Origin: Escherichia coli
GTDB taxonomy: Bacteria; Pseudomonadota; Gammaproteobacteria; Enterobacterales; Enterobacteriaceae
Strand: one strand, 5' to 3'
Assembly (NCBI RefSeq): GCF_041248615.1
Contig: NZ_CP158426.1
Length of the DNA: 64,000 nt
Positions 23,090-33,581 of this stretch are shown piece after piece (the stretch's first letter is position 1; the number at the start of each line of letters is the position of its first letter). Under the pieces are notes generated by a model. It was given only the letters and a program-made list of their open reading frames with translations. It ran no database searches and was not told where the DNA came from. A program made the translations under genes and the position numbers.

Positions 23090-24328
23090 TCAGAACTCAA
23101 AATTCACACCAGCATTCCACGATGCGGATGACCCACCTGCAGCAACTGCAACTTTTCCTGCCACATTCTCTGTGAAACGGTAGCCCACGCCCACCGCAAT
23201 GGCCTGCTCATCACGGTAACCACCAACGGCTGCTGTCGCGTTAAATTTTCCAACACTGTATGGCTGGAAAAGACCTGCCAGTGCCGCGCTCTGGGCTGCA
23301 CTCTCCCTTAACTCCTTCCGGTTCTCTTTAATCTGCTCCTGCATATTATTCATTCTCTCTGTCGCCATCTTCTGCCAGGCTTCCGTCAAATCCAGACGAT
23401 GACTGTTATTCCTTATCGCTGCTGTATTTGAGGCTATTGCTGCATCCGTCTGCGCCCTGTTCTTCACAAGCACATCGCTGAGATGTTCTGCCTGGCTTTT
23501 CGCTTCTTTACGGGCATCCCGTACACTTTTATCTGTATAAGCCCGGGAAACCTGAACTGTTTCATCCGCTTTTTCTTTTATTTCATCCTGAAGAGCAAGA
23601 GAAGATGCATCCGTATACGCCACCGCTGCCGATGTGCCTGCAATAATATCCCTGCTGAGTTCAGCATGAACTGTTGAAAGACGTTTATCTGTCTCGTCAA
23701 TTCTTTCATTCGTCTGCAACAAAAAGACCTGTGCATCATCAAATCGTTCATTCAGTTGCCCTACCGTCGCTGCATCTGTGTTATTGATACCATCAGACAC
23801 ATTTATAATCCGGCGGGTTTCCGGTGCTCCTTTGACACTCTCTCCATATCCCTCAGGCCCGGCACCAACAGATACCACGTTATTTTCTCCCGACACCTGT
23901 GAGCCATGGCCCAGAGCTACAGAACTGGTAGAATCCTGCACAGATGAAAACGCACCAATTGCCGAGCTCTGACGAGAAGAAATAAGTGACGCTTCTTTTC
24001 CTGCAACAGTCCCCCATTCAGAGTCAGCAATAAGTGCATCATGCCCCAGACTCACACTTCCCGGAGAGTTCACAACACCAGAATTATTCCCCAAAAGCAC
24101 AGTCCTGTTTGAGTCTAATAAAAAAGAATCATCACCAATCAACCATACATTTCTTACTTTATCAATCGAACGGCCAGCTACTGATTCTCCAACAAGAAAG
24201 CTATTATCTTCGCCAGGTTGAATCGGTCCGATTAAAATATCCTGAGCCTGAGCCTGAGCCGAGAGCAGCAGGGCCACACTCACTGCCAGCGCGCTTTTCT
24301 TTAAAAAAGCATCACGTCTTTTAAGCAT
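23090..24328 (-). CDS. Trimeric autotransporter adhesin (YadA-like anchor)
   Basis: Start at MLKRRDAFLKK with AGGAGA ribosome-binding site; signal peptide; Ser/Gly-rich head repeats; long coiled-coil stalk; C-terminal YadA-type membrane anchor ending ...AGVNFEF. Confidence 0.8.
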   Translation of the reverse strand: MLKRRDAFLKKSALAVSVALLLSAQAQAQDILIGPIQPGEDNSFLVGESVAGRSIDKVRNVWLIGDDSFLLDSNRTVLLGNNSGVVNSPGSVSLGHDALIADSEWGTVAGKEASLISSRQSSAIGAFSSVQDSTSSVALGHGSQVSGENNVVSVGAGPEGYGESVKGAPETRRIINVSDGINNTDAATVGQLNERFDDAQVFLLQTNERIDETDKRLSTVHAELSRDIIAGTSAAVAYTDASSLALQDEIKEKADETVQVSRAYTDKSVRDARKEAKSQAEHLSDVLVKNRAQTDAAIASNTAAIRNNSHRLDLTEAWQKMATERMNNMQEQIKENRKELRESAAQSAALAGLFQPYSVGKFNATAAVGGYRDEQAIAVGVGYRFTENVAGKVAVAAGGSSASWNAGVNFEF

Positions 24329-25079
24329 TCTGTTATTCTCCTGTATTATTACTTCACCAGCCAGAACGGTAGTGCGGAGCAAAAATACAGTGATAAGAAT
24401 CCTCTTTTATTAATTTAATAATGCCAGGAATATTATTGTGTATAATATGCGCCCTCAATTTAAGCAGCAGAAAACGACTGGCATTAAAATCATTAAATTA
24501 TAAACATATACAACTTTGTAAAGGTGGTTATAATAAACCTGATTACTTTAACGTCTGTATACCTGCACTGCTGATATCACAAAACAATAAAAATCCTGGT
24601 TAATATCTCTGATGATTGAATGAGAAATTCACGATGTCTGGTGAGAATTCTGTTCAAAACGAGGAATGCAGACGTACACGTGGCACGCACCACGTGATCC
24701 GTAGAAAAGCCTCTTGTTACGAATTTCGTAAACCGCACGTCTGTCTGGTCGTGCGGATTTTTTATCCGTCAACTTCACATGAAACCCGCCAGAGCACTGT
24801 TTCCGGATTCAGACATCAGGCATATTATTATCCACGATGTCGTGAACAAGATCACACTTTTGCAATTCCTTTATTGATCGAAAGCAGTTAATCACGGAAA
24901 TTAATTACCGGAGTGAAAGCATTTGCTATATAAACATTCCCAGAAGACATCTTCATGTTGAATATTATTCCCTTATTGACTAGCCCCTCTGACAGAATTT
25001 CAGAGGGGGTTTTTTATCAGTTTCACCATCCAACCCTGTACGCCAGAATGGTTTCACTGTCACTCAGTTCTGCTATTGC

Positions 25080-25350
25080 CTTTTTCATCTCCCTTTACCT
25101 TACGTTCTGCCAGAGTCTGAGCCATTTGAACAGGAGGTTATCATTGATATCGTGTTCCCGGGCAATACGGGCAACAGAGGCTCCTGGTTGCAAAACCAGT
25201 TTAACCATTTGAAGTTTAACTCATTTGAAAATGATCTGCGGGGTTCTGCGGATAATGTTTTTGCTCCATAACAGGCGTCCACCAGTTTGAAAAGGTGGGC
25301 ACCTACGTTACCAATACTGGCTTAATGGCTACATACGGCGGTCGGTTCTT
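25080..25350 (-). mobile_element. IS66-family element remnant (left terminal repeat plus 5' fragment of orfA)
   Basis: 25111-25200 is homologous to the orfA 5' region of the complete IS66-family element (48941-49075); 25290-25345 resembles its left terminal repeat (GGCTACATACGGCGGTC...). Confidence 0.55.
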
Positions 25351-25470
25351 ACGGTAAAACGACACAACCAAACGCTTCTTATCCTGCAATGAACTGCTTT
25401 ATTACCGAGTTTAGTGACCGCACAGACACTCACTTTTAAGAAAAACAGAATGGTAAACAAACTCCATGAA

Positions 25471-26424
25471 TTACAATAGCTCTCTGGCTGCCGCCACAAT
25501 ATCTTGCGCGGTTAACCCGTACTCTCTCTGTAAAAAGTCCTGAGTTCCAACCTGGCCATACCGCTCTTTAACCCCCACCCGACGCATGGGCACAGGACAA
25601 GTTTCTACAAGCACTTCAGCAACCGCTGAACCTAATCCATTATGAATACTATGGTTTTCACATGTTACGATCCGTCCTGTTTTTTCGGCATAATTTTTAA
25701 TTAACATCCGATCAACGGGTTTGAGCGTAAACATATCAATCACCGCTACACTTACCCCAGCCAGCTCAAGTTGACGTGCGGCCTCCAGGGCTTCCACCAC
25801 CATAATGCCATTAGCAATTAAGGTGACATCCGTACCTTCACGTAATACCTGCCCTTTGCCAATTGTAAAGGTTGTACCTGGTGCGTAAATACTCGCTGCT
25901 TGCTTCCGAATGGTACGAATCCAATAAAATCCTTCCAGTGCAACGAGTTGACGCAAGATATCGCTGAACATTACGGCATCTGTCATCTCCATCACCACCG
26001 AATGCGCCAGCCCGCGCACAATTCCCATATCTTCAAATGACATATGTGTTCCGCCATTGTGGCAAGCAGCAACACCCGCATCAGAAGCTATAACTTTGAC
26101 GTTAGCGCCCTGGTAATCAAGCGACATAAAGAGTTGATCAAAACAGCGACGACTGGCAAATGCGGTAAAGGTATGCACGAATGGCTTGCGCCCGGTTAAG
26201 GCCAGCCCTGCAGCTGTGCCGATAACATTGGCTTCCATAATGCCGCAATTAATGACGTGATCTGGATAATCCTGCGCCACGCTGTCCATTGCCATGGAAC
26301 TCATTAAATCAGCCTCAAGAGCAATGACAGAACTGACGTTTTTACTCTGTTGCGCGATAAAATCTGCATAAACTTTGCGCATTTCAATGCTGTCTTTTTG
26401 TCCTGCCGGTGCGAGATTAATCAT
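25471..26424 (-). CDS. Transketolase, C-terminal subunit (split transketolase)
   Basis: 317 aa with transketolase pyrimidine-binding and C-terminal domain motifs; overlaps the N-terminal subunit gene by 8 bp. Confidence 0.85.
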   Translation of the reverse strand: MINLAPAGQKDSIEMRKVYADFIAQQSKNVSSVIALEADLMSSMAMDSVAQDYPDHVINCGIMEANVIGTAAGLALTGRKPFVHTFTAFASRRCFDQLFMSLDYQGANVKVIASDAGVAACHNGGTHMSFEDMGIVRGLAHSVVMEMTDAVMFSDILRQLVALEGFYWIRTIRKQAASIYAPGTTFTIGKGQVLREGTDVTLIANGIMVVEALEAARQLELAGVSVAVIDMFTLKPVDRMLIKNYAEKTGRIVTCENHSIHNGLGSAVAEVLVETCPVPMRRVGVKERYGQVGTQDFLQREYGLTAQDIVAAARELL

Positions 26425-27247
26425 GCATAGCCTCCAGTTGGCGAATTGTTTCGTTTAGCGTCCCCTTCATCTCTTCTGTGAGGCGTAAGTGATGAGAATT
26501 ACTGAGTTGCTCGAGACACGGCACCCCCTGCCCTTTAATGCTATCGAGAATGACCACTCTCGGTCTGGCCTCAGCTGGCAGGACAGGTTTAACTACATTC
26601 AACAAGCCCTCAATATCATCGCCCTTCACTGTCACGACATCAAAACCGAAAGCCCGGAATTTTCCTTCCAAATCAAATGGATTAATAATTTCATCCAGTT
26701 GACCATCAAGCTGCTGTTTGTTCCAGTCCACAAACACAGTGAGGTTATTCAAACGATGATGCGCGATAAACTGGAAAGCTTCCCAACATTGGCCTTCATT
26801 AAGTTCGCCATCGCCGACAATACAAAAAACCCGATTCTTGCGCCCCGCCAGTTTATGCGACAGCGCCATCCCTCCGGCAATGGATATCCCCTGCCCCAGC
26901 GATCCTGTGGTGCTATCAACACCACACGTTTTTAGCCGATCCGGATGACTTGGTAAGCGGGTTCCGTTCTGATTTAAGGTGCTTAATTCTTCCAGTGGAA
27001 AGTAGCCTTTCAGCGCCAGAGTACTGTAGAGAGCAGGTCCGGCATGTCCTTTGGACAGGATAAAATAGTCACGCTCAGGCCAGTCGGGAGCAGCAGGATC
27101 AATTTTCATTACAGCGCCATAAAGCACTGCCAGCGTTTCCACAACCGACATGCTGCCACCATAATGACCGAAGCCGAGATGAGTTAATGATTTAAGCGTC
27201 TGGATACGTATATCCCGTGCAAATTGAGTCAATTCTTTAACATTCAT
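26417..27247 (-). CDS. Transketolase, N-terminal subunit (thiamine-diphosphate binding)
   Basis: 276 aa with GHAGPALY and GDGE...G thiamine-diphosphate motifs. Confidence 0.85.
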   Translation of the reverse strand: MNVKELTQFARDIRIQTLKSLTHLGFGHYGGSMSVVETLAVLYGAVMKIDPAAPDWPERDYFILSKGHAGPALYSTLALKGYFPLEELSTLNQNGTRLPSHPDRLKTCGVDSTTGSLGQGISIAGGMALSHKLAGRKNRVFCIVGDGELNEGQCWEAFQFIAHHRLNNLTVFVDWNKQQLDGQLDEIINPFDLEGKFRAFGFDVVTVKGDDIEGLLNVVKPVLPAEARPRVVILDSIKGQGVPCLEQLSNSHHLRLTEEMKGTLNETIRQLEAMHD

Positions 27248-28638
27248 GATTTGGCTCCACTCTTCTTCTGCGCTTTGGCAGCGATTTTGTTACTGGCGAA
27301 AATGTTCCAGGCAACCAGCAGCACAAATAGCGCTACTACAAGTCCGGTGATGGCAAAAGGTGAGAGATAACGTGCCAGGTTTCCGAGGACGATGCCGACA
27401 GCACCAAAATCTGCATCGGAAAAGGTCGTATTAGCAAAGCCTATCGCCCCAAGAACCGGCAATAACAGTACTGGCAGGAAGGTAATCAATAAGCCATTCG
27501 CAAAAGCACCAATCATTGCGCCACGACGTCCCCCCGTAGCGTTACCAAATACGCCAGCAGCCGCCCCGGTAAAAAAGTGAGGAACGACACCCGGAAGAAT
27601 CAACACCAGTTTCATCTGTCCCAACAAAAATAGCCCTACCAGACCGCCAAAAAAGCTAAACAAGAAACCAACTAACACTGCGTTTGGCGCATACGGATAC
27701 ACAACCGGGCAATCGAGGGCCGGACGGGCATTCGGCACCAGCTTTTCTGAAAACCCGGTAAATGCCGGAACTATTTCAGCAAGGATTAAACGCACGCCTT
27801 GCAGAATAATAAATACACCAGCAGCGAAGGTGATGGCCATTATGATGGCGTAGACAAGGTAGTTTTGACCACCACTGAACTGGCTTTCAACGAACTCACG
27901 ACCAGCACTGATCGCCATGATCAGATAAATCACCATCATCGTAAGAGAAATAGAGATGGAACTGTCGCGCAGGAAGCTCAGATTTTTGGGCAAATTCATC
28001 TCTTCGGTGGAGCGGGAACCTTTACCGCACACGCTGCCAATCCAGCCAGAAAGTACATATCCCAGAGTGCCAAAGTGACCAAAAGCAATGTCATCATTCC
28101 CCGTAATACGCTTCATATAGCGTTGTGCTAATGCCGGGAAAAATGCCATCACAAGTCCCAGAATAAGAGAACCGGTAAAGACCAGTGATATACCTTCAAA
28201 ACCAGCCACTGTCAGAATCACACCAATCATGCAGGCCATGTAAAATGTGTGGTGTCCGGTCAGGAAGATATATTTAAGGCGGGTAAAGCGGGCAACAATA
28301 ATATTCGCCACCATACCAAATGCCATAATAAGGGCCGTCGATGCGCCATATTTTTCCAGCGCAATAGAAACAATAGCCTCATTATTCGGAATGATGCCCT
28401 GAATATTAAAGGCATGTTCAAACATACTCCCAAGAGGATTTAACGAACCAACCAAAACAGTGGCACCACCGCCCAGTACAATAAAGCCGAGAATAGTTTT
28501 AATTGTACCTTTAACAACATCTGAAAAAGATTTTTTCTGGGCAACCAGACCAATTAAGGCAATCAAGCCGACCAGTATCGCGGGCACTTTAAGTATATCA
28601 ACAACAAAATTCAGCGTTTCAAGGATAAACATATCCAC
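27244..28638 (-). CDS. PTS ascorbate-family EIIC (UlaA/SgaT-like)
   Basis: 464-aa polytopic membrane protein with UlaA-like organisation; overlaps the transketolase N-subunit start. Confidence 0.85.
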   Translation of the reverse strand: MDMFILETLNFVVDILKVPAILVGLIALIGLVAQKKSFSDVVKGTIKTILGFIVLGGGATVLVGSLNPLGSMFEHAFNIQGIIPNNEAIVSIALEKYGASTALIMAFGMVANIIVARFTRLKYIFLTGHHTFYMACMIGVILTVAGFEGISLVFTGSLILGLVMAFFPALAQRYMKRITGNDDIAFGHFGTLGYVLSGWIGSVCGKGSRSTEEMNLPKNLSFLRDSSISISLTMMVIYLIMAISAGREFVESQFSGGQNYLVYAIIMAITFAAGVFIILQGVRLILAEIVPAFTGFSEKLVPNARPALDCPVVYPYAPNAVLVGFLFSFFGGLVGLFLLGQMKLVLILPGVVPHFFTGAAAGVFGNATGGRRGAMIGAFANGLLITFLPVLLLPVLGAIGFANTTFSDADFGAVGIVLGNLARYLSPFAITGLVVALFVLLVAWNIFASNKIAAKAQKKSGAKS

Positions 28639-28654
28639 CTCGCTTCAATTAAGG

Positions 28655-28927
28655 TTATTGTTTTGCTAACCAGTTACGCAGTTGCGTTTCGAGTTCATTA
28701 ATATCAATGATGTTGTTGATAACCACCAACTGACTTTCCGGTACGCTGGCACTGGCAGCAATATCTTTGGCCATCACAAATAAATCGGCAGCCCCTGGCG
28801 TTGCTGATGAGAGATCGGAATGTTCCACTTCCGCCTCTATATCCATTTTTTTCAGAACTTTTTTAATATTCATTTCGACCATAAAACTACTACCAAGCCC
28901 TGAGCCACAAATAGCCATAATTTTCAT
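28655..28927 (-). CDS. PTS ascorbate-family EIIB
   Basis: MKIMAICGSGLGSS active-site cysteine motif; start chosen at the internal Met (the track ORF has a longer N-terminus); start uncertain. Confidence 0.7.
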   Translation of the reverse strand: MKIMAICGSGLGSSFMVEMNIKKVLKKMDIEAEVEHSDLSSATPGAADLFVMAKDIAASASVPESQLVVINNIIDINELETQLRNWLAKQ

Positions 28928-29005
28928 TATATTCACCATTTTAAGTTGAAGAAGTCCCATCACGCAACGGCGCAATGTTGTGAAAAGACTGAATTTATAA
29001 TGTAA

Positions 29006-29455
29006 TCAGAACCGTGAAATTATCTTTTTTATTTCCTCCACATTGCGAGCCTGATGCAATTCATGTAAATCTTTTTCGCTGGAGAATAACTCAGCCAGTG
29101 CAGATATCATTTCGATATGACTGTGTTTGTCTGGTGCGGCAAGTAAAATGATAACATCTACAGGATCAAATTCCTCTGTATGAAAACTGACACCTTCTTC
29201 AAGTTTTAATAATGATAAACCTAATCCTTTTGCCCCTTCTTCTGGTCGGGCATGCGGCATGGCCAGCCCGGGTGCCAGGACATAATAAGGCCCCAGTTTT
29301 TCATGTTGTGTCTTTATCGCACTGAGATAATCCGTCGTAATTATCTCTGCATCCAGTAACGGTCTGGCACAGATATCTAATGCCTGCTGCCAGGTTGCGG
29401 CATTCTTTCGTAATGCGATTGTTGAATCAGAAAGCCAGATATTAAGCACTCCCAC
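29006..29455 (-). CDS. PTS EIIA (mannitol/fructose-type fold; ascorbate-family partner)
   Basis: 149 aa with EIIA-2-like histidine region (LAMPHARPE). Confidence 0.75.
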   Translation of the reverse strand: MGVLNIWLSDSTIALRKNAATWQQALDICARPLLDAEIITTDYLSAIKTQHEKLGPYYVLAPGLAMPHARPEEGAKGLGLSLLKLEEGVSFHTEEFDPVDVIILLAAPDKHSHIEMISALAELFSSEKDLHELHQARNVEEIKKIISRF

Positions 29456-29706
29456 CCCCTAATTTCTTATTTATATGACCAGAATGTATTCAAGTAACGA
29501 CGGTATATCTGCGATCAATATCACAAAGATAGCGCTATCAGGAGGTATTGTTCGAATTTGTGATAGCGCTATCAAAATAGATTTCACTGATTAAATCCAG
29601 ACTTATGGCAGATATTAAGAGGTATACTCTGCTACTGGCAGTGCAGGAAGCCGTTGATGATAAGTAATAAAAGATCTCCATATGTAGTCGCTGAGCAGGA
29701 TTTTGT

Positions 29707-30726
29707 ATGGCAATAACCCGAAAACGTCGTAGTACAGGTAAAGTCACTATTGCTGATGTCGCGCAACTCGCGGGAGTTGGCACAATGACTGTATCCAGAG
29801 CGTTACGCACTCCCGAACAAGTTTCAGATAAATTGAGGGAGAAGATTGAAGCCGCAGTTAATGAATTAGGGTATATGCCCAACCTCACTGCAAGCGCACT
29901 GGCATCGGCATCTTCACACACGATCGCAATGGTCGTGCCAAACCTGGCTGAAGCGGGATGCACGGAAATGTTTGCCGGGCTGCAACATGTGCTACAACCA
30001 GCGGGGTATCAAATAATCCTGGCTGAGTCACGCCATCGTCTGGAACAAGAAGAAAAACTGCTGGAAACCCTGCTGGCTTCTAATATCGCTGCAGCAATTT
30101 TGCTTAGTGTTGAGCATAATAGTACCGTGCGTCACTTGCTCAAAAATGCCTCGATTCCTGTTATAGAAATCGGTGCCATTCGTACTGATCCGATAGATAT
30201 CAACATTGGTATTGATAATGTTGCAGCAATGTTCGAGCTGACGGATATGCTGGTACAACGTGGTTATCAGAATATCGGTTTGCTATGCGCTAACCAGGAA
30301 CAGTGGATCTTTCAGCAGCATTTACAGGGATGGTATAAAGCTATGTTACGCCATCATATGTCTCCCAACCGTGTTATTAACGCTGCTCTGCCACCTGTTT
30401 TTTCCACCGGAGCATCACAACTACCGGAATTTTTGCTCGCATGGCCGGAACTGGATGCCCTGGTATGTGTGTCAGATGAGTTAGCCTGCGGTGTTCTCTA
30501 TGAATGTCAACGAAGACGGATCAAAGTTCCAGACGAGCTCGCCGTAGTAGGATTTGGTGACAGTGACGTCAGCAAAGTTTGCCAACCATCATTAACAACA
30601 ATGGCCGTTCCTCACAGGAAAATTGGTCTGGAAGCAGGAAATGTTTTGCTGGAACGAATTAAAGAAGGTAACTGGAGCAATCAGATATTCATTGAGCCCT
30701 GTTTATGTTTACGTGAAAGCTGCTGA
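29707..30726 (+). CDS. LacI-family transcriptional regulator
   Basis: 339 aa; N-terminal HTH (TIADVAQLAGVGTMTVSRAL) plus periplasmic-binding-protein-like domain; divergent from the PTS/transketolase operon. Confidence 0.85.
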   Translation: MAITRKRRSTGKVTIADVAQLAGVGTMTVSRALRTPEQVSDKLREKIEAAVNELGYMPNLTASALASASSHTIAMVVPNLAEAGCTEMFAGLQHVLQPAGYQIILAESRHRLEQEEKLLETLLASNIAAAILLSVEHNSTVRHLLKNASIPVIEIGAIRTDPIDINIGIDNVAAMFELTDMLVQRGYQNIGLLCANQEQWIFQQHLQGWYKAMLRHHMSPNRVINAALPPVFSTGASQLPEFLLAWPELDALVCVSDELACGVLYECQRRRIKVPDELAVVGFGDSDVSKVCQPSLTTMAVPHRKIGLEAGNVLLERIKEGNWSNQIFIEPCLCLRESC

Positions 30727-31847
30727 AGCTGGGGGACTGGTATCTTTCAGCTCACTGATTTTGTTGCTGAACCTGATATATCCTTCGGTTTTCCACAACC
30801 AGGGGAAGGGTGTCATCATAAGGCGTGATGACACCCTGAATTCCCATCCTGTATCTGCAGAAAATTTTTCGTAAATAAATTAATTTAATAACTAAAAAGA
30901 AAATACAATAAGCAAAATATCAATTACAGAATGTTCGTTTGTTTAAAGAACCTGCTGGTCCTGCCATTAATATTACCTGCTGATTGCTTCACATCCGGAT
31001 TCCTCGCACTGCGCGCGGGTTATTGTTTCGTTTTCGGCCACGGGGTCGCCAGGGCTCTGTTTGCAGGCCATGATGGCCTGACCTGTACTGTTTCTCAGGC
31101 ACTGAGATGTCCGTTTACGCCATTTGTTCCCGGATATCCTTAACCTCTGACGTTTGTTCCCTGCCCCTCTGTCTGATAACGAATACGCTCACAACGCACA
31201 GTACTGAACAATACCGACAACAACATGTCTTACATGAAATTCGCTGTAACATCCACCGGAAAACATTTTCAGATATCGGATGAGGTACTACTTCCATTGA
31301 CAGCGCGAGGTAACAAAATTGATGGTAACTCTGACCATTAACCGTAAACCGCAGGGTATTTTCAGTAAATCACCGGCAACGCCGCTGCAGAATAAAACGG
31401 ACACAGCATACAAAATGAAGGCCGGTGACCAGATACCACAGTTGAACGATAAACAGAAACCTGCTGATAAAACACCGTGGCGACATGACAAAACGCCAGA
31501 GCAAAAACCGTAAGCGCATTATTCGTCTTGTGGAACTCTGGCCTGAGTCATTCAACCGGGAAAAAAACAAAACCACTTAAAGTGGGGATACCTGACGACC
31601 TGATACAGGATATCGCCATCCGAGAACTGGCGTTTGGCGCTGGTACATTACATGCAGCAGTGGCGTCTTATGTGCAGTCTCCGCGCTATTACCGTGCGTT
31701 AATAGCAGGTGGCGCCCGTTACAACCTGAACGGTCAGCCGTGCGGGGAAGTGACACCACAGGAACAGAAAGAGGCAGAGACCCGTTTAATGATGCTGAAT
31801 GACCGACGAAAAGACAGAAAACCTCGTTGACTGCACAACAGCGCTGT

Positions 31848-32444
31848 TCACTGAGCTGTAATCAATGTACAGCGCTGTACCGGGCGATGGGTAATACCGG
31901 TCACAACCGGTAACCCCAGAGACAATGCAACTGTTTTTAACGCAATATACTGGCCGGATGTATCACCCCGGGCAGCCTGAAAACACCTTTCCACCCGGCA
32001 TTGTCCGTCAGCACTTATCACCCGCCATGTCTGTTGCAATAAATCCACCCGTTGCGAACATTCTTCATCAACCGTGGCACTGACCCGTGGATGGCAAATG
32101 CTCGTCTGGCTGAGCAGCAACAGGCATCGCATTGTTGCTCCTCCATGTTGTTCCCGCAACCAGCGTAATACCACCGGTGGTGCTGGACTGGCCGTGTGAT
32201 TACGTTCAGTAATACGCTCGTGCACCTGTCGGTAAAAGGAAGTACAGAATGCATGAATCTGTTGTCCGTTGATGTTTCCTTCTGCCGAATGGAGCGTGAA
32301 GTGAAATGCCAACAGATTTGGCCAGTGGTCCACCGCCTGCTGAACAAAACGCCGGATTTCCCCCGGCGCTGAAAGTAAGGCTTCGGTTATTTGCACTATT
32401 TTATCCCCGTTGAATTTTGTTAAGCCGGTGCAGACCAGACACAC
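31848..32444 (-). CDS. Hypothetical protein downstream of alpA
   Basis: 198-aa ORF, GC-rich, co-oriented with alpA; no family recognised. Confidence 0.35.
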   Translation of the reverse strand: MCLVCTGLTKFNGDKIVQITEALLSAPGEIRRFVQQAVDHWPNLLAFHFTLHSAEGNINGQQIHAFCTSFYRQVHERITERNHTASPAPPVVLRWLREQHGGATMRCLLLLSQTSICHPRVSATVDEECSQRVDLLQQTWRVISADGQCRVERCFQAARGDTSGQYIALKTVALSLGLPVVTGITHRPVQRCTLITAQ

Positions 32445-32673
32445 GGAAAGCGCACATCGACACCGGCACGGTACGATACAAACACCAGTGACTGGCGGGA
32501 CGAAGGGAATGACGAATCAGTCAGGAAATGATGACAAACAGTTGGCTGGCCAGAGGGTGCCAGCAGAAAGATGAGCGGGAGTTGTCAGCGCCAGCACCAG
32601 GGACAGGGCTGATTTCCACAATACCAGCGCCGGCATTTCGCACATTGCCAGCGTACTGGCATTACAACACGTT

Positions 32674-32907
32674 TCATGCTGCTGCTCCTCGTGATTCCTC
32701 AATTCGCTGCTGCATCCACTGCTCCACTTCACTTTTGTACCAGCGGCTGCTGCGCCCCAGTTTGATGGGTTTAGGGAAATGACCTTCACTGATCAGCTTG
32801 TAAAACCATTTATCGGTCATACCGGTGAAACTGGTGATGTAGTTCATGTCGATCAGGGGATCGTCGGCACGCAGCAATACGCTGTCGTGGCTTGTTGTGG
32901 TCAACAT
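32674..32907 (-). CDS. AlpA-family phage/island transcriptional regulator (excisionase-like HTH)
   Basis: C-terminal ...FPKPIKLGRSSRWYKSEVEQWM typical of AlpA/MerR-type island regulators. Confidence 0.7.
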   Translation of the reverse strand: MLTTTSHDSVLLRADDPLIDMNYITSFTGMTDKWFYKLISEGHFPKPIKLGRSSRWYKSEVEQWMQQRIEESRGAAA

Positions 32908-32930
32908 GGTCAGAATGTCCTTTGTGAGAT

Positions 32931-33581
32931 TTATGAAGGTTGTGCAAATGCGGGGGAATCTGCTGAACTGTGCTTTCTGAGCTGGCCTGCTACGGGATAC
33001 CAGGGATTACCGGCGAGGTAACGGGCTTCCGGATCGCGCACACCACGACGATCGCGGGCGAAATCACTGAACGCCCATATCAACTCTTTGAGGATGTCTT
33101 CGCAGTCCGGTGAACGACTGTCCAGCACCACATCCCGTGTTATCTGTTTCTGGTACGGTGCCGCTTCACCCGGTGACGCGAAGCCCAGTACGTTGCTCCA
33201 GGCATCCAGAATCAGCCGGTCCAGTTCAGGGCCATCGAAATACTCCTGTCTGACGCACAGCACCACGTGGTATTCCGGCTTTTCAGGATGACGGGTTAGG
33301 ATCCAGCAGAGATCACGTCCGGGGGTTGCATTCATCAGCGCACTGACGGTTTCGATAAAATCCATGCCTAACCAGGTCTTTCTGCAACTGAAGGCGTTGT
33401 CATGTTCCCACGGCAGACGAAGCAGGATCCGCCGTACCCGGGAGCAGGACTGTTCACGCAGCGCACGATTGAGAACGCCGACGATTTTGTTCTGATAAGA
33501 TGGCCAGAAGGGTGCCATGCTATAGTCGAAATAAGGGATAGCATTCATAAGATATGCTCCATATGGAAACACACGACGCAT
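32931..33581 (-). CDS. YfjJ/YagK-family (inovirus Gp2-like) protein, paralog 2
   Basis: 216 aa with YHVVL HUH-like motif; adjacent to alpA and to the paralog. Confidence 0.55.
   Translation of the reverse strand: MRRVFPYGAYLMNAIPYFDYSMAPFWPSYQNKIVGVLNRALREQSCSRVRRILLRLPWEHDNAFSCRKTWLGMDFIETVSALMNATPGRDLCWILTRHPEKPEYHVVLCVRQEYFDGPELDRLILDAWSNVLGFASPGEAAPYQKQITRDVVLDSRSPDCEDILKELIWAFSDFARDRRGVRDPEARYLAGNPWYPVAGQLRKHSSADSPAFAQPS

Noticed and set aside
24733-24763. Hairpin CCGCACG...CGTGCGG plus T-run as the terminator of a plus-strand gene
   Set aside because: No convincing plus-strand gene lies upstream; kept only as a note within the adhesin finding.
32018-32347. 109-aa ORF overlapping the 198-aa hypothetical gene
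   Set aside because: Alternative frame within a longer ORF on the same strand; treated as a shadow.
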